64,000 nucleotides of DNA. It comes from an uncultured virus (IMG/VR IMGVR_UViG_3300021256_002084) (lineage: Duplodnaviria > Heunggongvirae > Uroviricota > Caudoviricetes). The stretch lies in IMG/VR virus record IMGVR_UViG_3300021256_002084; one strand, given 5' to 3'. The position numbers were made by a program, and so were the translations under genes. Below are positions 25,736 through 37,184 of this stretch, one piece after another. Numbering within the stretch: the stretch's first letter is position 1; each line of letters opens with the position of its first letter. Below the pieces are notes generated by a model. It made no database searches. It was not told the origin of the DNA and saw nothing but the letters and a program-made list of their open reading frames with translations.

Positions 25736-26986
25736 ATGATTCAATATTATAACGAAGACTTTGAAGATATTCCTTTCAATGAACTGAATGAAGACTTCCT
25801 TGATGATTTTAATCCAGACGATGCTAAGTAGTCGTCCAAGATTGTTATCGATAAAGCTGAAGAAGAACCGTTTAATAGAGAAGATTATAAGCATAATTTT
25901 AGGATTGGATGTGAACGCAAAGCACTGAGACCCGGTGGTCAATTGATGCGCGGTCAGAGTATGAAGACTAAAGTAGAACTCTATAATCGTCTGCTTGAGC
26001 GTATTCTCGTCCCATATCTTGATGGTATGCGCTATATTGAAGACTACAGAGCAGGATGGGAACCGACGTGGAGTAAAGATGACTTCACTCCAATCGAAAA
26101 TACAATCGATTTCTTTATGGACGAAGAGAGATTCAGAAAAGACATTTCGTTCGTAGTTTACTTCAATACATATGAAAACTTAAGACTGAAGCGTATTATA
26201 TGGATACTTGAACAGTTCTGGAACGTAACGCAAATCTTAGCAAAATTTGATTAGTTCGTATCTGTGCATTCTCACTATACAATGGACGACTGGATTTCCA
26301 GTGAATCCTATTGGTACGGAATCGACGTACATCGTGCAGTCGAACATACGTTCTTCGAGAAAACGAAAGAAGAGAAGACAGTTCGTCATTTTATTAGTCT
26401 CTTCAACAAGTCAAAAGAAGTTCAGAAAGAATTCAAGGAAATGTTCAAAAAGAGAAAAGACAGCGAAAACTTTATGAACTCAAATTATCACAAATCGTCT
26501 TTCATTTCGATATTCAAGAATCCTGAAGATTTTAGCAATGGGAAGATGTCTATAGAGCAGAAGCCTCTTGCAGCCGGAGAATATGACTACAAGCGCAGAG
26601 TCGTGTTCAGGATTCTCAAGAATGCTACAGTGAGAGTTCAATACAGTTATACGGATCCGACAATTGAGTTCTTAGTTGAGGGAACGCTCGAACTATGGAA
26701 TCCATTCAGCCAAGATGACTATTATCGTCGTAATGAGGAATTCGGTACAAAGCGTCTGGCAGAGAATTTTCAGCATAATGAAGTGGTCATACTGCCGGAG
26801 TTTCGCTGTATGCCGAAAAAGAAAGATGCAATAAATGTCAGTCTGCATGGAAGAAACATCAATACGCTGATTGTACGTTGTTCAGATGAATATATAGAAG
26901 ACGTGGAACATCTCAAAGCAATTATCAATCTGAAAGGGATTGAGAACGTCAATGAAATAAAATGGCAAGTCGAAGAAAATGAGTAA
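25736..26986 (+). CDS. Hypothetical protein (TAG=Gln at 25829, 26252)
   Basis: ATG 25736 (MIQYYNEDFEDIPFNELNEDFLDD) joins ORFs 25943..26254 and 26264..26986 in frame. Confidence 0.7.
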
Positions 26987-27944
26987 TAAAGTAGTTGTAG
27001 GAAATAGATTGATGCTCGTCGAGAATGAGCAACAGCAAGAAAGAAAAGACAACTGGCACTCTATTGTTAGTCTGCGTCCGAATAACAGAGGAAGCGAGAG
27101 TATAGTAACTGTCAAGAGTATGGTTCGTTTCCTGACGAAGAAATCTCAAGACGTCGAGAATTTTCCAGAAGGAATGACGCTTGATGAGTTCTATGTTTAT
27201 GGAGAAGTATTCAGTTCATATGATGACGAAAACGTAATTCATAAGAAGAGTATACGTCCCAATGATAAAGATGTTTCCGGTGTCATCAGAGTCTATGAGA
27301 CTCATATGAAGTTCACATTCGAGCATAGCGATTACGCTACGATAGATGAGATGATAGCATTGAGCAATTTTGTATACAGTATTGCTACACACAATCACGC
27401 ACTTGCCAGAGTAATAGACATCGACGGAAGTACGACGGAATCATATCGTCTTATGTTTAGCAAGAATACTGGTATTTCTGAATCGTCATTACTGAAAATT
27501 CACAACATGATAAACAACAACAGAGACTGGTACAAGGGTCCGAACTTCAACAGACTCTGGACAGAATGGAACAATATGGTCAATATGTCGTATGCTGCCA
27601 GATAGATGTTCTATGCTGTCAACTTCGAACCGGATAAATTGTGGCTAGCGTGTGACGATGAACAGAAAGTCGTGAAGATGGTCGTCTGGCCGAAGCGCAC
27701 CGTCAGTCTCGGAGAAATCACCAAAACGTACTATATCTTCAAGAACTATGTCTATCCTGACGCTGACGTTGATTTTTATCTGACTGTTCAGAGAGGTGGA
27801 AAGGTAGTGCTTGATACGAAAAGGACAGACTGGTTGAAAGATAAGAATTTTGAGATTCTCTTTATGAGAAAAGAACAGTTGATTCCAGGACGCGGAATAA
27901 GTTCGGAAGAACTTTTAGAAACTTACAAAGAATCGCATAAATGA
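26979..27944 (+). CDS. Hypothetical protein (TAG=Gln at 27603)
   Basis: ORFs 26979..27605 and 27606..27944 abut in frame across a single TAG. Confidence 0.65.
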
Positions 27945-27974
27945 AAAGAGGAAAGTAATCAAACTTCCCTCTTT
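27945..27974. terminator. Bidirectional terminator between convergent genes
   Basis: aaagaggaaagt/acttccctcttt imperfect inverted repeat. Confidence 0.55.
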
Positions 27975-27994
27975 CTTCTTATATAATCAGTTTA

Positions 27995-29257
27995 TTAATA
28001 AGTCTCATCGTAAACCATCGTGAGACGCTCCATCAGGAATGAACGCCATTTCTTGATGGTCATATCATAGAAGCGCACGTGATTTTCGTCGTTGTAGTTG
28101 TTTCCGCTTCCTACTGGAACAGCATTATTGGTTTGTAGAACATCTTCATTTGTCGTTGCAAAAGCCTGACGCTCGTCTCCGTTAGCCTTGATGAATACAA
28201 TATGTACAATACCCTTTGACAATGCTTTTCTAATCATCTTGGCTGACAATTTTGCCTTAATGCGAGTATCTTGCCCGACCGAATTGATACTAGTGATAAT
28301 TTCTACTTCAAACTCGTCGTTATTCTTAGTCTTTGAAGCCCAATCGAAGTTTTCGCTTTCGCAAACCATACGTACGCTAGATTTCTTGCCTTCCCAATCA
28401 CCACCGTCGATGTCCTGACCTTCATAGAATTCATCTTCAGAAGTTGTGTTCTCCGTCGTCTAGTCGTCTTTGATGTCAGCGACAAGTTCTGTCATATTAT
28501 TGAACTCGCCACCACTGATAATGCTTGCACAAGTATTTGCAAGTGCTTCGGTAGAGTTGAATGTTCCGGGGTTAATGATGGGAGCAGTTGTAGTTGAAGA
28601 AGATGTAGCGCTAGTTCCAGTATCCTTACGATGAAAATCATTCGGGTTGTACTTGCTCTTCAAGAACACGTCTACGATTTCTTTGACGTCCCAGAACTGA
28701 CGGATAGTTTCGTTTGCTGCGTCAGCTTTAGAATCAGCGTGCATCCATACAGAAGTGACATCGTCGTCGATATTAGAGATGTATACTATCACATAGTCGC
28801 CCTCTAGGAAGGTATCGAAATCAGATGTACGATTGACAACGGGATTCGGATACTTGATGAACTTCTTCTCAGCCGGAGCCTTCTTCATCTCTTGTTTTCT
28901 GCTCTTAATATCAAGAGGAATCAGCGGAGCGGCTTCAGCAGCAGTTTCTTCTTCATTATCACCAGCAGCGTCAGTTGAAGTAGATAGAATCTGAACATCA
29001 GGATTCTGTGCTTCCACTTTCTTCAGTACTTCATTCTCTTCGTTCGGAATTTCTTCGTTGATTTGACCAGCGTTGATTTTTGCGACAATCTCATCTGCAT
29101 AATCTTCGAAGTCCTGGACTCTCTTTAGTTTCTTGAGATAGTCAAAAGCAGTAATAGACTTGAGATAATCATTATCCTTCAATTTACGTCTCTGAGCAGC
29201 AGCCGCTTTCCACATAAACTCAGGAGATACTTCATTGATATGCTTGTTATTCTTCAT
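27995..29257 (-). CDS. Protein with C-terminal SH3/WYL-like (DUF2693-type) domain (TAG=Gln at 28460)
   Basis: C-terminus GIVHIVFIKANGDERQAFATT...VRFYDMTIKKWRSF resembles the phage DUF2693/WYL_2 pattern; two track ORFs are in frame. Confidence 0.65.
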
Positions 29258-29357
29258 ATTTTATTAAATGATGATGCAATTTCTTTATTTATCTTTCAAA
29301 ACCATCAAAGAAAGATGGATTGAGCGACGATAAATAGAGAAACAATTATCACGAACG

Positions 29358-29957
29358 ATGTCAAAGAAACGAATCTTAGAATCAATTCTTTCAGAAATAG
29401 AACAAAAAGTTACAGAACTCAATAGTCATTTTGTTCTGGAAGAGTGTTCATACACTATCAGTGACATCGACGGAAATCATAATGTCATCAATCTAAGAGA
29501 ATGTCCGGACGTTCAGAATTATATATTCAATGATGAACCATCAGACAAAGACATTAAGATGTTCAATCGCTGGCTTTCCCTTCATCGCAATGATTATGTT
29601 GTGCTGTATCACGGAACGTCTGCTAATATTCCCGTAATGACAGAAGGTCTCAGAAAGACTTCACTGAAGACAAAGAAATCTCTTCAGAGTGAAACTGGAT
29701 ATGTATATCTTAGTCTGTGGCCGGATTCAGCGAGAACATTCGGGGAAATTGCATATCCTTATGATGATGTGAAAGTATACGCAGTTATCGTCAAAGTCCG
29801 GGATTTACGTCCGGATAAGGATTAGTTGTTTAACAAACGTCGTTGGGACGATAGCAAGAAAATTGGAGATACACTAGCAGATTCTTTAGTCTATGGTCGT
29901 GGAGCAAGAGTAAAGAGAAACATTTATCCTTACGAAATAAGAGAAACAGAATTTTAA
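29358..29957 (+). CDS. Putative ADP-ribosyltransferase-fold protein (TAG=Gln at 29823)
   Basis: VVLYHGTS...GL...YVYLS motifs; read-through to TAA 29955-29957. Confidence 0.55.
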
Positions 29958-31081
29958 GCTTTAAGAAGATTATTGACAAGATAGTCAAGCGGTTTCTATT
30001 TTGGATTGAAATCTTTTGAAATAACTATCAATCCACAGTTATATGTGTTTCCGTCATTGTCAGCAATAACTCCGAAACTCAAGCACGCTATCATTGTAGC
30101 GAACTGAACACCATCTTCTTTGTACTTATCAGCAAGCCAATAAGAATAATAGTGAATTGTTCTCTTGTGATTAAGAATCTTATTGTAAATATATTGATGT
30201 TCCGGTTCTATCGGTTTATTGTAAAATTCTTTGAACTGACTTGTTGATTCATTATCATTGTTCAGATTATATATACTCGGAAGACCGGAAAAAGAATCTT
30301 TATGCTCTTTGTATATGAAAAGAAAGACACCATCTTCAATATTGATTTTATTTTGAGTTAGTCTACAGTCCATCTTGGACGGACCCGGCGTCCCCAATTT
30401 CAAATGGCTGGCATATATCTTCGTATCTACACAATTCATCATCTTTTCGACAAATGCTTTCTTCATCCAGTTCTCCTGGAAATTAAGAAACTCATCTACT
30501 TTCGCTTTTGAAATATCAGAATCTTCTTCTTTCATCAAAACGTTACAGAAAGTTATCAGTTTCCAGCGCATAGCATAGTCGTTTCTCTGAATGTTTCTAC
30601 TTTGCTGCTGTAATTGCATAACTAAAGAGTAATCTTCAAAGATGAGAGAAAGCCCTTCTTCAGAAGATGAATCGACGCATCTCACTTTATATCCATAGAA
30701 ATTTCTCAAGAACTTATACGGAATCCAGAGAAATTTAAATACTTGGTCGACTGTACGGAAAGCAGAGAATTCTATACCGACGATGAACAAATGTTCATTG
30801 AGCGTCGTGCAGAATTTATAGAGATAATGAGGGTAGTCGTTTTTAGTGCCATCGACAACAACAATATCAGAGAATGACTCGATGAAGCGATTTGCCGACA
30901 GGATGTCAGAAAGTCTGTCGACAAAGTATTCGGGATTCTTCAATTCTTCTTGCGCTAAACAAGAGAAGCAGAATATGTACTCATAATCGTCTGGCGAATT
31001 CTTGATTTCGTCAGCATCTACGGCAGTCATATCTGTCTTTTTCGCTTCTATATCGTCAAGCAAATCTTCGTAAACTCTCAT
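29954..31081 (-). CDS. Hypothetical protein of the YED(L/I)LDD N-terminal family (TAG=Gln at 29996)
   Basis: Read-through ends at a TTAA shared with the convergent gene; GATAAATA 6 nt before ATG. Confidence 0.7.
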
Positions 31082-31152
31082 ATAAACTATTTATCTGCTG
31101 AGTATTTCACAAAGATAAATATACAAATATTCTATTTTCAGATATAATTTAT

Positions 31153-31476
31153 ATGGATAGAGAAACAAAGAAAGAAATATACGATTCCGTAATGCAAGAA
31201 ATAGCGAAACTCGTCGAGCGTAGTCTTTTGGAATCTGAGAGTGAACAAGAAGATACTTATGTGATGGTCGCTTCGGATTATTTTGATGAAGATAAGAACG
31301 CTTGGGCGATTGATGCTTGGGACTCTCCAGACGATAACGCAGAAGGAACGACAGCAGCATACGTCGACAATAAGACATATGAAGTTATCTATATGTCAGA
31401 AGAAGCAGAAGAAAGTAAACTTGTAAACGAAGAAATAAGAGAGCTTATCAAACGACTCAAAGAAAGAAATGATTGA
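31153..31476 (+). CDS. Hypothetical acidic protein
   Basis: 107 aa; N-terminus KKEIYDSVMQEIAKLVE resembles 46147..46926; GATAAATA at 31114. Confidence 0.7.
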   Translation: MDRETKKEIYDSVMQEIAKLVERSLLESESEQEDTYVMVASDYFDEDKNAWAIDAWDSPDDNAEGTTAAYVDNKTYEVIYMSEEAEESKLVNEEIRELIKRLKERND

Positions 31477-31633
31477 TTCTCAATTCCATACAAACCGGAT
31501 GTTTCTTCTGATGTAGGAGATGTTTAGGAAGACGAACCGGTACACAGCCATCAATGAAGACAGACGCCATTCATTGATGATTACAAGCGAATTCAATTAT
31601 CAAAGAACATTCCAAGATAAGAATATGCGTTAA
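31469..31633 (+). CDS. Small hypothetical protein (one TAG)
   Basis: ATG overlaps the upstream gene end; 54 codons open if TAG=Gln. Confidence 0.35.
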
Positions 31634-31733
31634 CTTAAATACATCGTTTATTTCAGTAACCATTTTTGACAAGAAATCGTTTAGTCTAATAAACGATTTT
31701 ATTTTTGTAACTTATTTGATAATTATTTATATC

Positions 31734-31748
31734 TGGCATATTTTTTGC
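31734..31748 (+). promoter_or_regulatory. Sigma-54 (-24/-12) type promoter upstream of dnaJ
   Basis: TGGCATATTTTTTGC, GG-N10-GC spacing. Confidence 0.5.
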
Positions 31749-31819
31749 AGTAATGATATATAAGGAGACAAACTGTCAATTTTGCAGTATAATAAAAAGA
31801 AAATGTATACATAAACTAG

Positions 31820-32914
31820 ATGGACAATTTATACAGTATACTCGGTATCGACAAGAATGCGTCTGAACAAGACATTAAGAAAGCATATCGAAAGATGAGT
31901 CTTAAATATCATCCAGACCGAGTAGCATCAAAGAGCAAAGAAGAACAAGCAACAGCAGCTGAGATGATGCAGAACATCAACAAAGCATATGAGATTCTCA
32001 GCGATTCCAAGAAGAAAGAGATATACGATCTAACCAGTAGCGTAGAGCAAGCAGAGAAAGGTGAGATGGACTTCGGCGGATTCGGAGGATTTGGTGGCGG
32101 TATGGACATCAGCGATATATTCGGAGACATCTTCGGCCGCGGACGCAGTAGTTCGAGAAGTCAAGGACGTCCGGTGGAACCAGGAAGTAATCTGCAAGTA
32201 AGACTGAAAGTATCTATCGAAGAACTCTTCAATCCAAGAGAAAGGAAGATAATCGTCAAGCGTCAGGTCAGATGTCCTGAGTGTCACGGTAGTGGTGGAA
32301 AGACATGCATCTGTGAACATTGTCACGGAACTGGAATGATTACAGAAACCCAAAGACGAGGGTTTGCAATGATTCAGCAGACACGTCCTTGTCCTTACTG
32401 TAACGGAACCGGGCAGCAAGTCACAGAGAAGTGTAAGAACAAAGATTGTGAGAACGGATTCGTTAAGAAAGACCTTGAGAAAACTATCTTGTTCCCGCAA
32501 GGTGTTCAGAACGGACAGTACGTAGTTTATCAGAACGAAGGCAATGAATCAAAGACACCTGGTGGTCAAAACGGTAGTTTAATCGTTATTGCTCAATATG
32601 ACTTCGACAATAACATCTATACAGTAGAGGGTGCTGATGTTACTGAGAAAGTTTCTCTCAACTACGAAGACTGTATTCTCGGAAAGAGAATAACACATAC
32701 GCTGCCTGATGGGAAAGACATAACATTGTCTATTCCCGCTCTTACAGTTCCAGGAAAGAAATTCTTACTAAGAAACAGAGGTCTAAGAACGAAAGATGAT
32801 TACGGAAGAGAGATTATCGGAAACTACTATATTGAAGTAGTCTATAAACTTCCGGATGCGCTCAGTGAAGATGAAAAGTTGGCACTGCAAGATATTCAAG
32901 AATTGAGAAATTAA
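31820..32914 (+). CDS. dnaJ: Chaperone DnaJ
   Basis: J domain with HPD, G/F-rich linker, CxxCxGxG repeats, C-terminal domain. Confidence 0.95.
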   Translation: MDNLYSILGIDKNASEQDIKKAYRKMSLKYHPDRVASKSKEEQATAAEMMQNINKAYEILSDSKKKEIYDLTSSVEQAEKGEMDFGGFGGFGGGMDISDIFGDIFGRGRSSSRSQGRPVEPGSNLQVRLKVSIEELFNPRERKIIVKRQVRCPECHGSGGKTCICEHCHGTGMITETQRRGFAMIQQTRPCPYCNGTGQQVTEKCKNKDCENGFVKKDLEKTILFPQGVQNGQYVVYQNEGNESKTPGGQNGSLIVIAQYDFDNNIYTVEGADVTEKVSLNYEDCILGKRITHTLPDGKDITLSIPALTVPGKKFLLRNRGLRTKDDYGREIIGNYYIEVVYKLPDALSEDEKLALQDIQELRN

Positions 32915-32931
32915 TGACAAATTAAGCAAAG

Positions 32932-32968
32932 AAAGACGTCTAACTCAAATGCTGAGTTAGACGTCTTT
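32932..32968. terminator. Bidirectional terminator
   Basis: 16-bp inverted repeat aaagacgtctaactca/tgagttagacgtcttt between convergent genes. Confidence 0.8.
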
Positions 32969-32995
32969 TGTTTGTGCGAACATTATCAATTAATC

Positions 32996-33862
32996 TTATT
33001 CCGGCGAAAGGATTCTCTTGAATGGAATGAAGTTTCCTTCGGGATTATGCTCACGATGAGTGTTTTGATCGTCAAGCACAGCGAATACAATTTTCTTGAA
33101 AGCGTGCTTGTAGGGACGTTCGCTCATCACTTCTTTGAAAAGTTTCGCCATTTCTTCTGGAGGCGTTCCATACGCTCCACAACCGAATGCGCCAAGTACG
33201 AGAGAATCGTTCTTCCAATACAATGCGACGTTGAAGATAGTACGAATCTTGTTTCTTAGAATATCACGAGATTTCTCTTCCAATGTCCCATCAGCATTGA
33301 GTTTCGGATTCTTGATAGCAGCGCAAGAAATGACGTCAACAGTGAACGGAAGCATCATAAACTGATAATCAGTTTCTTCGCTTAAGCGGAAAACACTGAC
33401 AACGGGCGAATAAATCGCTCCGAAGTTGATGTCAAGCGGGTAGTGAACCTTACGTTTCTGATCTGCAAACTTCTCTATTGAAGGGTAGAGATTTGTTCGA
33501 CGACATAAGTTTTCTTCTTGAGCAGCAGAACCAGTCTTGACGCCGCCGCCAGGACGTTTGAATGAAGCCATATTCAGAACGGCTGGATAAAGTCCTTCAA
33601 TATTAACGAGTTCTTCGGCAACATAGAGACAATCCTTATTTATGACTTGAACGTTAGTATGCTCAAAGCGTTTGAACAACTTCTTATCCAATTTCTGAAA
33701 GAGATTTCTGTTGTAGATTTCTGCATCATTATAGTGCATATTGTAATCCTCTCGGAAAAGTTCTGTTGCTTCTCCGCTATCAGGATTTGTATACTTCCAG
33801 TTATTAGCACACGCAAGCGTTTCTTCGAACACTTTAATTCTTTCTTCTTTCGTCATCGCCAT
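32996..33862 (-). CDS. Bacterial-type PARG/macrodomain ADP-ribosyl hydrolase (TIGR02452-like)
   Basis: VLNMAS..PGGG...G..AQEE.LCR and LVLGAFGCGAY motifs. Confidence 0.85.
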   Translation of the reverse strand: MAMTKEERIKVFEETLACANNWKYTNPDSGEATELFREDYNMHYNDAEIYNRNLFQKLDKKLFKRFEHTNVQVINKDCLYVAEELVNIEGLYPAVLNMASFKRPGGGVKTGSAAQEENLCRRTNLYPSIEKFADQKRKVHYPLDINFGAIYSPVVSVFRLSEETDYQFMMLPFTVDVISCAAIKNPKLNADGTLEEKSRDILRNKIRTIFNVALYWKNDSLVLGAFGCGAYGTPPEEMAKLFKEVMSERPYKHAFKKIVFAVLDDQNTHREHNPEGNFIPFKRILSPE

Positions 33863-34509
33863 TCGTTTTTAAGTTTATCGACAAATGTTTTGGTCACAGT
33901 GAATGAGTTGTCGGCTAGTCTCGCCCAGAAGTCAGCGTACTGCTGCAAGTTATCGACATCTTTCTTTCCTGGAACGTCGCTGATGACACGGAACGCTACA
34001 AATTTGACATTATTGATATGACAGACTTGAGCAATCGCTCCGCTCTCCATATCAACAGCAATAGCATTAGGAACAACATCAATGATTTCTTGAACTTTGT
34101 CTCCAGTCACCAACCAATCACCAGAAGCAATCTTGCCGCAAACGATACAGATGTCGATATATTGGTTACAAGCAAGAGCTAGATTAATCAACGCAGCATT
34201 TGTCTCAAACTCAGCTGGCATATCTTGGACTTGACCCAATTCATTGTCTTCTCCGCAGAATACATCGTGATAGCGAACAGTCTCGCTGACTACGACATTA
34301 CCGACGTTCAAGAGTTGAGAAAGTCCACCAGCGCAGCCAGATGAAATTATAAAGTCTGGATGATATGTATCGATGAGTTTCTGCGTAGCAAGAGCAGCAT
34401 TGACTTTTCCGATACCCGACTTCACGACGCAAACGTCTGCATCGTTCTCGAACAAAGAATTGAGTTGGACGAATTCCTTGTCCATTGCAACAATGATACC
34501 GATTCTCAT
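33853..34509 (-). CDS. mtnN: 5'-methylthioadenosine/SAH nucleosidase
   Basis: IGIIVAM..E, SGIGKVNAA, SGCAGG, AVDMESGAIAQVC, RVISD. Confidence 0.9.
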   Translation of the reverse strand: MRIGIIVAMDKEFVQLNSLFENDADVCVVKSGIGKVNAALATQKLIDTYHPDFIISSGCAGGLSQLLNVGNVVVSETVRYHDVFCGEDNELGQVQDMPAEFETNAALINLALACNQYIDICIVCGKIASGDWLVTGDKVQEIIDVVPNAIAVDMESGAIAQVCHINNVKFVAFRVISDVPGKKDVDNLQQYADFWARLADNSFTVTKTFVDKLKNEWR

Positions 34510-34805
34510 AATACTTTCGCTAATCTGTAGTTAGTACTGAGTTGACTCTTCTCCCAAACGAAATTGAACGGAATCTTCTGGTCGCCGGCCATAGTAACCC
34601 AAACGATGTCATTAGTATCGTCGACGTTCTCGACCTCTAATTCAGCCCAAGGAAATACGTACTCCTTAGTAACTTCGTAGATTCTCTTCTTAGTAGCAAC
34701 GTTGAACAGAATGTACTTACGCATTCCGTGCTCAATGATACGTTTCTTCATTTCGGCGACTTGCTCTTCAGATAAACTGATGCTCTTGACTTTCTTAGTT
34801 TCCAT
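34506..34805 (-). CDS. Hypothetical protein
   Basis: ATG 34805 (METKKVKS) downstream of a host-type promoter; overlaps the mtnN start. Confidence 0.65.
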   Translation of the reverse strand: METKKVKSISLSEEQVAEMKKRIIEHGMRKYILFNVATKKRIYEVTKEYVFPWAELEVENVDDTNDIVWVTMAGDQKIPFNFVWEKSQLSTNYRLAKVL

Positions 34806-34858
34806 TTTATTTTTGATTTGATAATGCACGCTGGCTATATGCCTTTGTTTCTTGAGTA

Positions 34859-34890
34859 CAAAGGTAAGAATTATTTTTAAATGAGACAAA
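34859..34890 (-). promoter_or_regulatory. Bacteroidota sigma-A type promoter
   Basis: TTTG...TACCTTTG (-33/-7 consensus). Confidence 0.7.
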
Positions 34891-34932
34891 CAATCAAAAA
34901 GAAAAGTTGAGAATTTTTGGAAACTTTAACAA

Positions 34933-35634
34933 TCAATGACTTCTGAGTTCTTTCTGAATATGTTTGACAAACTTCTTAATTTTGTCGATGATATACAATT
35001 TATGATATTCTTTACGTTGAATCTTCATTACACGATTATCGTGCCAGAACCACATTAACATAGAATCAGCAAGCAGTTCGATGCTCTCAGATGACTTCTC
35101 GAATGTTGCATATCCATCACGTTCAAAGAAACTGATTGGATACATATGTCCGACTTCACGACCATCTTTCGTATAAATTTCTGCTTTACTATGAGAACCC
35201 CAAATGTGAAAGTCGTTGGCGCAAGCGTAGAAGAACTGAAGCATGTGCATTACGTTCCCATCAAAATTGAAATATATCCTGTAGCCAGCCATACCTCCGA
35301 TAGATAAACTCAGACGTGAACGTTCTTCTTCTGGAAGCATTTGACCGCCGATATAATTCTAAGCGTCGTTTGACTCTTGATAATAAATGATGTCGTCAGT
35401 CCAATAAGAGTCGAGATAAACGTCCATCTTTTCTTTTAGTTTCTACAACGGACGTTTATAACTATTCTCTATTTCATATATTTGATGCTTTTTATTATAG
35501 TCGTAATTTGTCTAATGGCCGATATAAAGAATATAGTCGAAGTTTTCTTTTGCAGAATCTTCGATTAATGTTTCAGTTGGACTCTTCTTACTGGTAGAAT
35601 CCAAATCATCAAGAATATCTTCGTATAAACGCAT
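34933..35634 (-). CDS. Hypothetical protein of the YED(L/I)LDD family (TAG at 35512, 35443, 35359)
   Basis: MRLYEDILDDLDS start parallels MRVYEDLLDDIE of 29954..31081; GATAAATA 7 nt upstream. Confidence 0.7.
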
Positions 35635-35640
35635 CACAGA

Positions 35641-36489
35641 TTATTTATCTCTCAGTCTAGTGATATAATCAATGTACTGCCAATCAAACTGTGGATTTCC
35701 CTTACTTATACAATCAGATAAGAATTGTCTGTACTTATATGCATCAAATGTATCTTTATCGCTCTGCACATATAACGACGGAACGCTTACAATCTTCTTT
35801 CTGTTATCGTATTTATAAAACTTAGAAACTCTGCTACGCTCTTGAAAATGACGTAACACTTGATGCATCTGAAGAACGTCTCTGTCTGATTCGATATCGA
35901 ACAATTCTTTGAACCAATCAGAAAACTTCCAGTATGTCGCTTCGTTTTTGAGTTGATCCAAATTCTCCAGAAGATTGCGTAAGAGATCTTTATAATGAGA
36001 TGATTTTATATTAAAGCAGCGCATCATTTTCAGACTATTGAGTCCAATGCTGACGCTTTTTTGATGATAATCGCCATGTTGATGAAACATCAAGACAATC
36101 TGCATCAACAATCTTGATTTATTCTTCTGACCGAAATTAAAGCCCATTCCGAACAAGCGTTTCTTTGTCGTCGGGAAGTCTGTATATCTGTCGCCGAACT
36201 TATCGTGAAATTCGATAATGTCTCCAATGAACCCATATATGAATTCGTCAGCATAGAATCCAAAATAGTCTCTGAACATCTCAAACGAATCCATATAACC
36301 ATATGATGGCGGGTCACAATACTTATCGTCATATGGCATATAAAAGAATAGCGACAAGTCGTATCCTTCGAAGAAATTCTCGTCTAAATACATAGACATA
36401 GGATACACTGGAACATTATCCTCATCAACTAACTCCCCAACGTTGAGACTCTTGGGTTCGTTGAAGAAATCATCAATCTTCAAATCCAT
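35641..36489 (-). CDS. Hypothetical protein
   Basis: Open ORF, ATG 36489 (MDLKIDDFFNE). Confidence 0.7.
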   Translation of the reverse strand: MDLKIDDFFNEPKSLNVGELVDEDNVPVYPMSMYLDENFFEGYDLSLFFYMPYDDKYCDPPSYGYMDSFEMFRDYFGFYADEFIYGFIGDIIEFHDKFGDRYTDFPTTKKRLFGMGFNFGQKNKSRLLMQIVLMFHQHGDYHQKSVSIGLNSLKMMRCFNIKSSHYKDLLRNLLENLDQLKNEATYWKFSDWFKELFDIESDRDVLQMHQVLRHFQERSRVSKFYKYDNRKKIVSVPSLYVQSDKDTFDAYKYRQFLSDCISKGNPQFDWQYIDYITRLRDK

Positions 36490-36491
36490 AA

Positions 36492-37184
36492 TCACTACTT
36501 AGACCATTTAGCAAATCCGTATATGCAGTTCAGAGACCAGAACACGAACTGAGCAGCCATACAATAATCACCAGCAATAATCCACATTACGACACTGCCG
36601 ATGTCAATAATGAGCCAGAACAACCATTGTTCACGATAACGAAGAATCAGCAATATCTGCGCAATAAATGCCGGTACTGTTGTAACGCTGTCTATGAACG
36701 GCTGAGTGTCGTCAGTATGTAGAAGAACAGAATACAAAGCGATGATACATATAGTCATAGCAACAATAGTCACTGAGAACCAAGTCTTAGTCATCTTCAA
36801 TGTCTCTACTACGGCAGATTCTCTATTGTAATGAGATAACCATATCCACATTCCAACAATCATCGTCACAGCATAGAACCCGTTCTCAGCAAGTTCGCCG
36901 TACAGACGCTGCTCGTATGCAAGGATACAATACGTAATGAGTTGCAGCCATCCGAAAACATAGAACATCCATTTCTTCTGACTGCATAATACGACACTAA
37001 TGATGCCGGCGCTTCCACTAATGAATGAAATCAATGAAGCATCAGTCGTCTTATATGCAATGTACTGGACAATCAGTCCGGACATCATAAATAGAAGCCC
37101 GAACCAACTATCAAACAGTTCATTCTTTAGAACTCTGAACAAGTTCTTGAAGTGATAAGCCAATTCTTCTAAAACGTCTATCAT
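36492..37184 (-). CDS. pnuC: Nicotinamide riboside transporter PnuC
   Basis: Multi-TM protein with P(F)IDSVTT, AQILL..RYREQW..W..ID motifs; ends TAG-TGA. Confidence 0.85.
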
